DNA of 61,611 nucleotides, the filler included, from Choristocarpus tenellus KU-1152 (lineage: Eukaryota; Protista; Phaeophyceae): assembly GCA_964200185.2 (NCBI GenBank). It is 14 parts of 14 records of this genome, joined end to end, with 100 filler letters (N's around TTAATTAATTAA, not from the genome) between each part and the next. Parts side by side here need not be neighbours in the genome. Positions count along the whole stretch, not along the records: positions 50,045 to 54,704 come from CAXNAD020013580.1; positions 54,805 to 57,597 come from CAXNAD020024698.1; positions 57,698 to 61,611 come from CAXNAD020017177.1; 11 more parts are not named here. The stretch is one strand, 5' to 3'. This document shows, one piece after another, positions 50,177-61,611 of the stretch (the stretch's first letter is position 1; the number at the start of each line of letters is the position of its first letter). The notes under the pieces are model-generated. The model saw only the letters and a program-made list of their open reading frames with translations. It ran no database searches and was not told the DNA's origin. A program made the translations under genes and the position numbers.

Positions 50177-51432
50177 CTTCCCGAAGAAAGACCTCTTCCT
50201 GATATCCACAGCCATCTCCATACCCATGAAATCCAGTGACTGTACATTGGCGGACTCCACTACGTACGAGCCTGCTGTTACGGCGTTTTTCCCTTTCGCT
50301 ATTTCGCCAATCTGCGCGTCAAAACGTAAATCATGAGGGGAGTCGGGCGACAGGCCTGGGTGGATGCAAGGTTACGGATGAAGATGGGGTGTGTGGAAAG
50401 GCTAGATAAAAGGACTACGGCTATCTAAATATGATGTGGCATTGTGAATTGCATGCCATGATACTGGGGGCGAGACTTTCGCTCGATTTTCGAGCGCAAC
50501 TTGGGGGTCCTGCTGTTGGGGATCGTTCATCGAAAGTATTCCCATCAAGGTAACTGCAACGTTGTGGCACTAGTTGCATGGACGGCACCGAAACCGTTCC
50601 CTTGGATTACGTCTCCAGCGAATTATACTCAACAAGCATGAGCATCTACGCTGCTGGATAGTCCGACCTTGGCATAGCAGGCTACACTCTACAAGTAGCC
50701 CACGCTCGTCCTAGATACGTGCCAATGCAACCTCTTGACGTCTGAGCAAGTAAACAAGTGGGATCATGGCACAATCCTACAGGCCCAAGCACCTTCCTAC
50801 AACCTGTAGAACACGAAATCTCCTAGTCGATATTGAGGATATCGCACCTCAGGGCCACGAGGGAGAGATGGCATACACGAATCTGCTCCAAACCTCATTT
50901 TGACATCTCTGCTATCCAATGTACGTTCCTGGATCTGGTGAGTGCTGTTGGAATCTCCTGCTAGGTTGAGTCTGGTCCAATCAATTGCTAAATCTCCGAC
51001 ATCGTCGCCTCACACCTTTGAGAAATTCATCACGTAACCTAGGAGGTCCTCCTTTGGCATTCGATTCAAGTGGTCAACGATCGTCTGCGCTGACTCTGGT
51101 GTAAGAGCCTCCATGAAAGTGGCCTGGTCAATCGCCTCTTCGGTTGACATCCTCCTGATTGCAGTCATAGTCAAGTTGTGCACAATGTTGAAGAGAGTTT
51201 TAATGGAAAAAGCTGGCGAAACAACAACCTGGATGAATTCAAAATTCAAAATCCCTTGAGCAACTCACAAGGGCGCACAGGATCCTCGTGGTAGCCTTGA
51301 AGACATCCCAGTTCTCGAAAGGAGGTGATGCGACGCACGAGGCGCAAAGGACGGAACTACCCATGCCTTAGCCACTTGGACGAACAAGATTTGGCCCAGC
51401 AAGATGGCCATCCACGCACGTTGGGGCTCCAT
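50177..51432 (-). CDS. Plastid-targeted DUF2470-like (HugZ/GBP/DRI-type) domain protein (first 3 exons)
   Basis: Exons 51432-51269 (MEPQRAWMAILLGQILFVQVAKA-WVVPSFAPR..., signal plus transit peptide), 51154-51016 (EALTPESAQTIVDHLNRMPKEDLLGYVMNFSK), 50311-~50177 (VESANVQSLDFMGMEMAV). Resembles the DUF2470 pattern '+TP..S.RI..HMN.DH...+..YA..F' and 'A.M.S+D..GM.+'. Confidence 0.72.
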
Positions 51433-52354
51433 CACGAGCGCTGACTAAAGTCACGTGGATCCCTAACGGATTTCGATTGCTTGTATCGGTTTAGTGCCTC
51501 CAAATTTGACGATCCTTTTGATGGAAATTGTGTTGGTTCTTATATTGGTGTTGGTTGTATAACACGACAAAAAGATGAACACATGATTGTTTGGGAGCCG
51601 GTGATAACGGCAAGTATACCTGTCAGATCGGGTGGGTTTGAATCCGTCAACAAAGAGGCAATTGGAGGCAGAGTCCATCTGCAGCGACGGGGTTTACATG
51701 ATAGGGGTGTGGGTGATGTCACAAGAGAAGGAGTGAGAAAGGAAAACATTCAAGGAGAAAGTGAGTTGTGCAGAGTCTAGGGGGTCATAGGGCTATCAGT
51801 TGTGGGTGGTATGTTTGAATGTCCTTGCCCACTTATTGGGCGGGTCCATTGGAGATGTCGATACGACGTTATGCAAGGCGAACGCTCTTGGTTCTAGCAA
51901 ACGAATGAAGAGCGATGGTATTAGAGAATAATGGTAGTGGAGACTAGTGGTAGTTGAGACTAACGGTAGTAGATTGTGGTTTGTGCTTTTGGTAAATGTG
52001 ATGGTCGGTAGCGAAAAAGAGGGCAACGATGATAAGTGACAGTTGGAAAGTGAGAGGAGAGGTGGGTAGCCCCCCGATTATTTCGTGTGGGCAGAGGGTA
52101 TGAACCTTGACTCCTCAACTGCCTGCCCAACATTTGGTGCGCCATGAAAGACATATCTTTTGTTTGGTTTGCATGACCTCTATGCAGCAGCCCGTCTACC
52201 AGACCTTCCAGTGCACGAGTTACATTGCCAATACGGTGGAAAATTTCTAGCTTAATGTCAGACGTCGATTCGCCGCCTCTCATTCCAGGGTCTTAAGGAA
52301 GTAGTACTTGAAAGTGGAGGACGAGACCTTTGAGGGCCTTCTAGGGGGTTGGTG

Positions 52355-52724
52355 ATGAGTCAAACCATAGACGAGGTGCTCCTGGGTACTCCAAGCCGCC
52401 AGGATGGAGGGGAAAAGGAAGGGGAGGGAGACGATTTTGTGCGACAGCTGTTTGAGAGTCTACTCCTTGGTACACGGGCTTCAAATGCCATCCCCGGTGC
52501 AGATGGTCAAGAGGTGAAAAAGGGGGACTCTGTTGGGGCTCACTTATCTTGTGTATGTGGGTGGTTTGGTTGGTGTTTCTATCTGTGTTAGAGTGCATCT
52601 GTGTGCGATTTGGTCGTATGAGTCGCATGAGGTGCTTAGGAGAATCCCAGGAGTACAATTCTTGAGTTTCTCGATTGCGTCACCCATCACCCAAGCGCAG
52701 TAACTCGCTGCACCAACTACTTCC
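52355..52724 (+). CDS. Probable first two exons of an unidentified protein
   Basis: 52355-52513 (MSQTIDEVLLGTPS...DDFVRQLFESLLLG...) and 52640-52724 (ENPRSTILEFLDCVTHHPSAVTRCTNYF, donor GTATGT). Phase-compatible; no recognised motif. Confidence 0.45.
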
Positions 52725-54647
52725 GTATGTCTCATCTCGTATCATAAGCGTGTCAAAGTGGTACGATAGGTAAAAATAGTCTTCACCCCCACCCTCGTCA
52801 CTCCCAATTAAATCTCGTTGGCAAATCAGCTTGGATGCGCAAGGGAGGGTGGACTATGTAGACGAAAGTGAAGCAATAGCTGGGTATAGCATCCTAAAGA
52901 ACATTGAACCCATGAAATGGGGTTACTTTTTCTCAATTTTTCTCTCACTGTTGGATGTGTTGAAGGGGAGAAAGAATACTAATAGCTCACCTATTTTGAG
53001 TTACCTCCTCTGTTCACAGCACCAGTTCGAATAGTGTTTTCCTCATCAACACAAACTGTCCAAACTATTGCTGAACAGAGAAGATGTGTAATTTTTTAAC
53101 ACTACTCTCTATATCTCGAGGAGTGCATTTGTTTCACTTTCCGTATCCGGCAGTGGCACTTAAAAATCATGCAAAAATGTGTAAAAATGAAGTTTTGACT
53201 CTGCCCATACAAGCAGCCCGGTTATATCACTTGGGCAGGCGTTAGTTACTCTTGACCATTTCAAGAAGTCATCATGACACAATGTGGAAGCCTGATTTTT
53301 TTCTGGCTCTACCCTCAATGTGCTATTACAGAGCATGCATCTTAATATAGAGTACAGTTCCTTGGACGACTTGGAAAGCATGCACGGATCACGTAGTGAT
53401 GATCACTCTGTTTGGCATGTCGATGAAGTGAGGTCGGGCTTGTCAGACACTGTTTCTGAAAGGTCACACCAGACCCGTTTTTCGCAAGAAATCATCAGAG
53501 TTACCACCACCTCGCACACACTTATTTGTCCTGTGAAAGATGTTCTTCGAATCAGGCATTACTTGGAAAACACTCTTGATAGTTACAAATCAAATTATCT
53601 TGAGCTTTTAATGAAGAAATCGTAAGCTAGGCAAAAAAAAATTCTGTAAGATATCATGGCACACACACACAAAAGAGGCGTTTTTGTTGAGGTTACTAGG
53701 GGTTAGGGGTTAGGGGTAGGTCTAGATTAGGGTTAGCAAGTGCAGCATATCTGCTCACTCATTCAGGATGTTTTTTTCTGAGTGTATAATTTACTACAGT
53801 ATATATTTGTGTTTCAGATGATAGTATAATACTATCTGTTTGTAGCATCGGTAACTTACACTTTTATGTAATGTATGTATGTGCATGTATATATTAATGC
53901 TGCTTACGTATATTGCATATGATGATTGTGTGTAAAATATTTTAAATATGGATATATACTCTTTTGTGTAATGGATACATATTATGTAATATATATATGT
54001 GCATCCATATATATGTAATACTGCTAATATATGTTGCAGATGAAACATGTTTGTGGGGGAGTCAAATACGATACTCCCGAGGTTCCTTAGGTGCTGAATC
54101 ACCCAAGAGAGCTACAATGCCTGTAGATCTTGTAGGAAATCCTATTGAGCAGTATTGTATTGGTCTTTTACTAGGGAACTGTCTCTGATGGATGACCTCG
54201 TTGTGTACTTCAAAATTTCCCTATGTTAACTAATTGGAAGAAATAACAAAATGATGAAAATGGTCTATTTTTTAATTTTTCTGAGCAGTTTTTTTTAATG
54301 TGTCTGTACTATCCCCCCTGGATTCAAATTCAGATTCAGATTCACACCAAGTTTTGAATGCATATATTTCTCTTTTTTTCTCTAGAGTGTTTACACACAG
54401 TACACAGTTTTTTTGCATATTTTTGGGGGCTATTTCTTATTCTGCCTTTTTGATTTTTTTCAGAGAGAGAAGGGGGGGGGGAATGGGTTTGTGTTGTGAC
54501 TGGAATGATAATTCCAGTAAAGATCCAATAGCCGTGAGGGGGGCGGGGGGGGGTGGGTTTATGTATCATGTGAAAAAAGAGTTAACTCCAAGTGTTGACT
54601 CTAGTAAGGGAGTGGGTCAAAGTATCTGGGGGGGGGGGGGGGGGGGT

Positions 54648-54681
<34 letters not shown>

Positions 54682-55190
54682 TTTTTTTTGTGGTTTATTT
54701 AGGTNNNNNNNNNNNNNNNNNNNNNNNNNNNNNNNNNNNNNNNNNNNNTTAATTAATTAANNNNNNNNNNNNNNNNNNNNNNNNNNNNNNNNNNNNNNNN
54801 NNNNGGGGGAGTGGGGGGCAGAGGTGTGCTCTTCCCATTTGGTGTGGGCCCCCCCCCCCCCCCCAGATACATTGAGCCTTAAAAAAAAAATCAACATTGC
54901 TAATACCTACGATACTGGGAGTAACACTTAGTAAAATTCGGGACCAACATGGAGAGGGTAGGTAATATATTACACTTTGAAGTGCAGAAAATGAAGACTG
55001 ATATACCAACCGATACGTGACACTTTCTTGAGAAATGGCTACATAAAAATAATTCCCATATTTTTTTACTTATTATTGTCAGAAACATGCGAGACATTAT
55101 AAAAAAGTAACCATGATTTCACGAAAGTGACTGAAACCTACACTACCAAAAGGAAACACTCAAATGCCAACAACACCGAACTGGATAAAT

Positions 55191-55345
55191 GAACCTAAGT
55201 ATCTGTGTGGGGGGGGGGGTCTACACCAGGGTGTCCATTTGGACAATAACCAGGAAGAGTGCACTTACATTATCCATCTGACGTATGCAACCAAACCGCC
55301 CAAAAAGCACGACATGAAAAAATCGACCCCAGATGGACAGCCACC

Positions 55346-55378
<33 letters not shown>

Positions 55379-55506
55379 CAAAAAAGGAGCACAACCACCA
55401 CCAACACCCCATAAACAACACCACAAATGAACAAACGCCNNNNNNNNNNGTGCCCTCCCGACCCCACACCCCCCAAAAAACACAAAAAAAAAAAACCCCC
55501 CCCGCA

Positions 55507-55537
<31 letters not shown>

Positions 55538-55551
55538 AGATACTTTGAGTC
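55191..55551. mobile_element. MITE-like family A copy with empty insertion site (contains poly-C and an internal N gap)
   Basis: aagtatctg(G)n tctacaccagggtgtccattt ... gagtgcacTTAcattatccatc ... cagatactttgagtc. Confidence 0.8.
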
Positions 55552-56206
55552 AAATGGGGGGAACTCATCAACCAGAAACAGTCTACGTCTGCATTGGCAT
55601 TCTACCACACAGTGACACCGTGTCAGAAGGAGGAGGGGGAGGGGGGGGGAATAAGGGCACCCGAGGCTGCCCTGGGGTACATGTGTTTTGAGCTCTGTGG
55701 AGGGCACTCTTGACTGACAATGTGCTCCACAGCTATGGTCCTCTTCTAGATAACTTCTACTATGTGAGGCCAGATGCATTTTTGGCATGGGCATGGTGTG
55801 TATTGCACAAGGCAAATAAAGAAAAAGACGCTCCAAAAACGCCTTGAAGGTCTTGCAACTACCCCGAAGGGCCAAAAATCGATCCCCCCTTTCAGATGGC
55901 TTCACCGGCACATACACACCCGTAAGCACACTTAGCTTTACGAGGTCAATATGGAAGAGGCGCAAAGCAGCACCAGAAAAGTGCTGTTTTTTTGTTTGTT
56001 TTGTTTTTGAACCTAAGATTCTTTTTCCACACGGCAAAAAAAGAAGAAGTAACTTTACGTTTTTGCTCTTGATAGTCCGGGGCATTTTGTTTGTTCGATC
56101 TTGATTGATAACTTTGATTGATAACTTAGAGACTTCAACTTTATTGAGTCGACTAGGCCGCTACAGCATCACCAGTGCAAGCAAATTTATAACAAAAAGT
56201 ACTTTG

Positions 56207-56346
56207 TAACAACAACAACAACAACAGCAACAAAAATAATAATAACAATAACAATAACAACAACAACAACAACAACAATAATAATAACAATAACAACAAC
56301 AACAACAACAACAATCATAATATTATTATTATTTTTATTATTATTT
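56207..56346. repeat. Compound (AAC)n/(AAT)n microsatellite
   Basis: Direct inspection. Other simple repeats (CA, TAT, TA, GATA) occur in many introns. Confidence 0.95.
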
Positions 56347-56715
56347 TTGTTGTGCATGTAATGGTCGCTAAAATATATTGACTTGAGTTTGAGTGTTGAT
56401 CCTCCTCAGCAGTTTCTTCTCTATTTCTCCAATCACCCTTTGCAACCCAACACAGATGTAGCACGCCCCTGAAAAAATAAATAAAAAAATACAATGCTTC
56501 ATGGTGCACTAACTTACCGATACAGTACAACATCCTCACCATATTCTTACTTCTAAAAAAAACAAAACACACACACACACACAGCAAAAAAAAAAAATGT
56601 TAGAAAAGTGAATGGATTTACTACTCCTGTATTACTTACACACACACACACACACAAACAGACGCAAGACCAATTTCTGGTTCAACACATATTTCCACAC
56701 GCCACTAGACACACC

Positions 56716-56748
<33 letters not shown>

Positions 56749-57012
56749 TAAAAAAAAAAACATGAAAGCAAAAATTAATACAACAACAACGATACTACCG
56801 TGATACTGTAAAACACTCAGCCGCTGGCTCTCTATAATGCCATAGGGTTAGGGCCAGGTTGTGTGAAAAACAATAATTAGTTTTGGTGTACTTGTCTCTC
56901 ACCATTGTACGATTAATTTGCACACGAAAATAAAAAATGAACACTGGGAAAATTAAAAAAAAAGAAGTATGTAGAAATACATAATACTATATTTACCATC
57001 ATCAACGCACTG

Positions 57013-57202
57013 GGGTCAGGGTCAGGGTCAGGGTTAGGGTTAGGGTATAGAGCGGGGAAATAACTGTGATCAGTATCAGCATTCGTGTTTGGGCTATTGT
57101 CGGGGGGCTAGCCCCAGTAGGATCCCCCCTTAAGGTGCGACACAGAACAGAACATACCGTAAAAAACGATGCAACCTTAACCTTAACCCTAACCCTAACC
57201 CT
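57013..57202. repeat. Interstitial telomere-like (TTAGGG/TCAGGG) tracts in inverted orientation
   Basis: gggtcagggtcagggtcagggttagggttagggt at 57013-57046 and aaccttaaccttaaccctaaccctaaccc at 57173-57201. Further tracts at 57503-57530 and 53697-53735. Confidence 0.85.
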
Positions 57203-57342
57203 GTAACTGTGGAAGAGGAAAACACCCGAGCAAACCTTTCTTATAAAAAAACAACAATGAAAATAAAAATATATATAAAAAATAAAAACAAAAATGAAAA
57301 ACTTCAAGAAAAAAAACTACAATCTAATCCGTCTTCAAATGG

Positions 57343-57373
<31 letters not shown>

Positions 57374-57375
<2 letters not shown>

Positions 57376-57490
57376 GCACTCTTGCCAGGTAGCTTCCCGG
57401 ATCTGAGACGACTCTGAGAGCAGATGTGGCACGATGAGCAGCCGTGCTGTCGTTCAGTAGTGGACGGAACGTTATATCTGACAGAAGTTC
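57374..57490 (-). CDS. Isolated internal exon of an uncharacterised protein with a TF.P.+N motif
   Basis: cag|ELLSDITFRPLLNDSTAAHRATSALRVVSDPGSYLARVQ|gtgtgt; 117 nt, phase 0-0, coding-like composition amid simple repeats. Confidence 0.55.
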
Positions 57491-60154
57491 CTGACGCGGG
57501 ATGAGGGTTAGATAGGGTTAGGGTTAGGGTAAAAAAAGTATCTGGGTGGTGGGGGGGGGGGGTCTACACCACGGTGTCCATTTGAGCCAGATCGGGANNN
57601 NNNNNNNNNNNNNNNNNNNNNNNNNNNNNNNNNNNNNNNNNTTAATTAATTAANNNNNNNNNNNNNNNNNNNNNNNNNNNNNNNNNNNNNNNNNNNNGGG
57701 CGGTCGGGAGGGGGGGGGGGTGGGGAGGGGGGGGGGGGGGGGGAGGGGGGGAGGGGGGGGTGGCAAGCGAGGCGAGGGACAAGGCAGAGGAAAGGGGCAT
57801 TGATATTGACATTGATACTTTTCAAGTCCTGACTGATTAGATGGCCGTTCTTGCCTCATCGAGTTGAGCCGTTTGGGACCTGTGGATGTGTTGCAGGGTC
57901 AAAGTGATGACCCTTGGTAGGAGCAGTAGTACAGTCAGTTGTGTATCTGCAAGCAACTATCACTGGCATGGGGGGGGGAACTGGAAGAGAGGATTGTTGC
58001 GATCAGGGGTAGCGTGTGTAGCATCCGTACGGTGTGTGTGTTGGTATTAAGAGTATCAAAATGATCTAGGATGTCTGCTTAGTGTCCGTGAGGTTTATGT
58101 TGGAGGGAGGGAAGAGGGCAAGCAGAGCAGGCAGATGTATCTGTGTGAATCCTTGTGTGCTTATTTGAGGGGGTTGGAGAAGGGAGAAATAGGAGATGAG
58201 GAAGAGAAAGATCAGAGGCCAAAACAGGTTTGGGGGGGAGAAGATACATCATGATGGCGTGACCTGAGGGATTGTACTGGAGAGAGAGGAATACACCTGG
58301 AACAACACACTGTGTAAGTTTTTACATGCATAGATATATATATATATATATGTATTTTCACGCTACTCTTGAATTTGTGACACTTAAGTGTGTACTTCAT
58401 GGTATATTGCAGAGGATAGGAGCACAACAGGAAACTTTTAAAGCAGATACATGTATATGCGCTGATACTTGCTCTGGTCAGATGCAGTTATAAGTGCGGA
58501 TGACCTTTCCTGTTTTTCAAAGGAGGGAAGTTTACCTTAACCGACCCCTTGGTGAAGCTGTGACATATACTACTAAGAGGCACATATATATATATATATA
58601 TACCCCAACCGTTTTGCTTTGGGCTGTATAATGTACATTCCACAGCCTCAGGGCATTACAGGGAAAGCAGGCTTCGTTCATCGCGGAGGGACGAGCATTT
58701 GGAGAAGATGTTTTTTTCCTTTCTTTTTTTTTGCATCGTGTAGGTTGGACAAGTCTTTTATTTCTTTCACTGAGTTGACTTTTCTGCTCTCTATAGGCGT
58801 GTACTTTATAGATTGTACTGTTTTTGCCAGCGACTTTGACGCCTCTCCGTGGCGGTGTATCTCACTCAGATCTTCAACGCGATCGCTCTTTTTTTTTCTC
58901 GGCTGGAGCTGAAATGGCGATTGGCACGCATCGTGCACGCATGACAACATGGGTCGGGGGAGGATTGGCTCTTCACACACTTCATTTGAATTGGATTAGA
59001 AGCTTTTTTATATTTTGCAAACCTCTTTTAATTGGTAGGTGGGTGGTTGGTCCGTTCGCGTCCGTTCGCGTTTTTTACAAGGGATTTATAGATGACCTAG
59101 TTCTAGTTTGCCCCTGAAGTATAGCTACCCCTGACTCCCTGCCTAGGTCACTGCTGGTTAGAAGCTGTTGTTGCGCCCTAAATGCGACTGTGTGAGTCAC
59201 AAAAAATCATTCTAAATTCTGGAGGAGGATCCTACACCCTTCAGGTAAAATGTACCCTGTGCTACTGCCAAGGCATCTTTTTTGGAGGTACTTGGCTTTG
59301 TTGGCATCCAGTTGGTACACGCTGGGTGGGCAAGTACCCCTCTATTATCTTTGGCTTGGTTTTAGCATCGAGTACCCTCAGCACCCAATGTGCATTTGGG
59401 CGGTCTAGCAACGTTTGCCGCTCTGTTTGCACTCATTGTGTGCTCTCACCCTTAAACCACACTTGATAATCATTTTTTTATCACTGTCGTCTACAGGGTT
59501 TCACCCATTCAGACTGAGGTGTCGCCAAAATCTTCCCGAGTACTCCATGTCAGTATTATCATGCAAAAGGCGTCAGGGTACTCAACACCAAGGTTTTTAT
59601 TGACCTGCGACCATCAGAGAGGACAGCAAGGCTCGGTTTTGTTTGAATGTCTCACGAATATCAAGGACTTCAATATTGATGTTATCCCGCTTGCTCAACT
59701 GAGCTGCAACAAGGAGGGAGGGTAGGCCAACCAGTGGTGTTCCTCTCATACAGAAACACCAGGAGGGATAGTGAAGGGGTACATTTGGGATGAGGGGATG
59801 AGTCTGACCCTCTATATGTAGAACTAATACTACATACGCTCAACAACACTTTAACACGTATTTCAATCATTACATCCTGTGTCATGCTTGCCCGCACACT
59901 CTTCCGTCACCATCTTCTGGACTGAGACTATCTGGCTGTACAGGTATGTCCACGCAATAATAATATGCGATTTTGGCGTGTCTGACGAGTTACAAAATCC
60001 GCACCTAGCTTTGCGTAGCAATAGGTGGTGCCATATTGCCATTCTAGACCAAGACTCCCTGCAATCTCCACTTCCAAATTATTGAAAAAGGTATCTCGAG
60101 TCTACACACATCGTTCATATATTTTGGGGGGGGTGTTGTAGATCACTGTGTCCT

Positions 60155-60403
60155 GAGTTGAAGTAAGTTAAAGAGTTACATTTTAAGGATGCTGACAAAT
60201 ATGTGCAAAATTAAACATTTTGTAAAAAATGATGCAGTAAATTTTTCGAATTGTGTCGGAAAGTTTCTAATACTAGGGAAATAAACGTTTGAATTCAAAC
60301 TTTAAACTTATCCACAGAAATATGGGTGAATTGCAAGAGATTCAAAAATGGATTTAAAATGCGAAACGGGTACAATCTGGGTACCTCCTGTTTACTTTGA
60401 CTC
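60155..60403. mobile_element. MITE-like family C copy (degenerate)
   Basis: Right end ctgggtacctcctgtttactttgactc; interior homologous to the reverse complement of 29903-30174. Confidence 0.55.
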
Positions 60404-61611
60404 TCTTGTAGTCATTTATCCTGAACCCTCCTTCGTGATTTGCAGTGGTCTTTTTATAATAGAGTTTCGTTTGCTTTTTTAGATTAGAAAGCTTACTTAT
60501 TCGTGGTATGTGTTAATGCCTGCTTCGTATTTTTTGCGGGTTTTGGGGTATTTTTTTGGTGCACATTACAGACAGGTACAATGGAAGAGGTAGTATGGTG
60601 CTCGAAGCACACGGGTCTACCTTCTTTTGTTTATCATACATTCATCCGTACACACAAAACAGGAACTACGATAAAAAGAAAGGTTCGTCCCACTTTTTAG
60701 TTTAGCTTACTGTTTAGGCTACGATATCCATACTAATTGTACACCCATTTTTTTTCACCATCTGTGAAACATGGTCGTTGTTTGTATTTCTATTGTTTTT
60801 TCACAATTTTCGTTCTGAAAGGTCACAAGCTTGGGTTAAAAACAGCCGATCATCAAAATTGAGGATGGAGCTTTTTATTGAGGATGGGCAAGACCCGGAA
60901 TGGTGCGCGGAAAGTGCGTATATATTTTTTGTCAAAAATATTTTGGTGCTTGTGGAGGGCACTGCTACGATTTGGAAGCGACCTCGACCAAGTCAAAGGT
61001 ACAAGGACAGACGGTCCCCCTGGGGGGGGAGCCGGTAACGGTTTGGCATGCTTATATATGTATGGTAGGTACACTACATATTGTATTATACAATACATAC
61101 ATACATACGTCTTCTTCCACTAGTTATAAATATTTATTCAAGGGTGATGTGGTTTGTACAAGAAGGGATAGATAGGTCACACCCACCAAAAAACTAACCA
61201 AGTCGACAAAGAAGAACGAACACATGTTTCACACTATACATACATGCGAAGCTTGTACTTCATATATATTAATGACTGCTATTATCGGGTAATTTTGGCA
61301 CGCTTAGTGAGCAAGGTCAGTCACCACACTGTCACTACATTGAGCCGATCTCGTTATCATCTTTTATGTTAGAGGCCGTATGTATGTATGTAGCGGCCAA
61401 TCTTCATACCAGAGGAGGCGTCGACCTACACTTTGGCATTATTATTGGTAATTAAAAAAAGTATGTATACAATAAACAGGACACAACAGACAACAGTGAG
61501 AGTTTCTCGTTCGCTAGCATGCTTTGCATGCTGACTTTCCTTTAATGTATGTATGCATATCCTCCACCACCGCATAGTCGGGTGCTTTAAGCTCCTCCCC
61601 CTTTCGTTCCC

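Noticed and set aside
52640-52724. Resemblance to the midasin N-terminus
   Set aside because: Only a vague similarity, with no diagnostic downstream exon found.
55270-56085. 271-aa minus-strand ORF
   Set aside because: It runs through poly-G, an N gap and a MITE. A small real exon near 55845-55983 cannot be excluded.
4998-57697. TTAATTAATTAA recurring at intervals, superficially like a repeat array
   Set aside because: It is always centred in 44+44 N, so it is an artificial spacer. Gene adjacency across it has no meaning.
58678-58910. Lys-rich minus-strand frame as an exon
   Set aside because: It has a plausible acceptor but no recognisable motif or phase-linked neighbouring exon, so support is too weak to annotate.

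Overview
This window is not contiguous DNA. It is 14 short eukaryotic contigs joined by artificial 100-bp spacers (44 N + TTAATTAATTAA + 44 N). Contigs: 1-4997, 5098-9484, 9585-13665, 13766-17648, 17749-20995, 21096-27389, 27490-30965, 31066-36806, 36907-42708, 42809-45396, 45497-49944, 50045-54704, 54805-57597, 57698-61611. The genome is intron-rich (GT-AG), so most six-frame ORFs are spurious and genes had to be spliced by hand. Recognisable, mostly partial genes: kynurenine aminotransferase-like, NDC80, SPT16, a BED zinc-finger protein, TANGO2/NRDE, WDR63/IC140, a PlsC-type (SCT1/GPT2-like) glycerol-3-phosphate acyltransferase, an FAD-dependent monooxygenase, DBP9/DDX56, an ABHD1/2/3-like hydrolase and a DUF2470 protein with a bipartite plastid presequence. 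That presequence plus a flagellar dynein subunit suggests a photosynthetic ochrophyte with a flagellate stage, perhaps a brown alga or relative (inference). Non-coding features include three related MITE-like families sharing a CAAAGTA TIR core with 3-bp TSDs (one copy nested in another, with an empty-site copy visible), a LINE endonuclease relic and interstitial TTAGGG tracts. The most interesting leads are duplicated exons each ending in a Sin3-interaction-like helix, a TANGO2 with an intron-split start codon and a hydrophobic insertion, an intron-containing BED-finger gene with no transposase domain, and the plastid DUF2470 variant. I found no clearly new multi-gene system, and no linkage can be inferred across the spacers. 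All family calls come from recalled motifs, not database searches.
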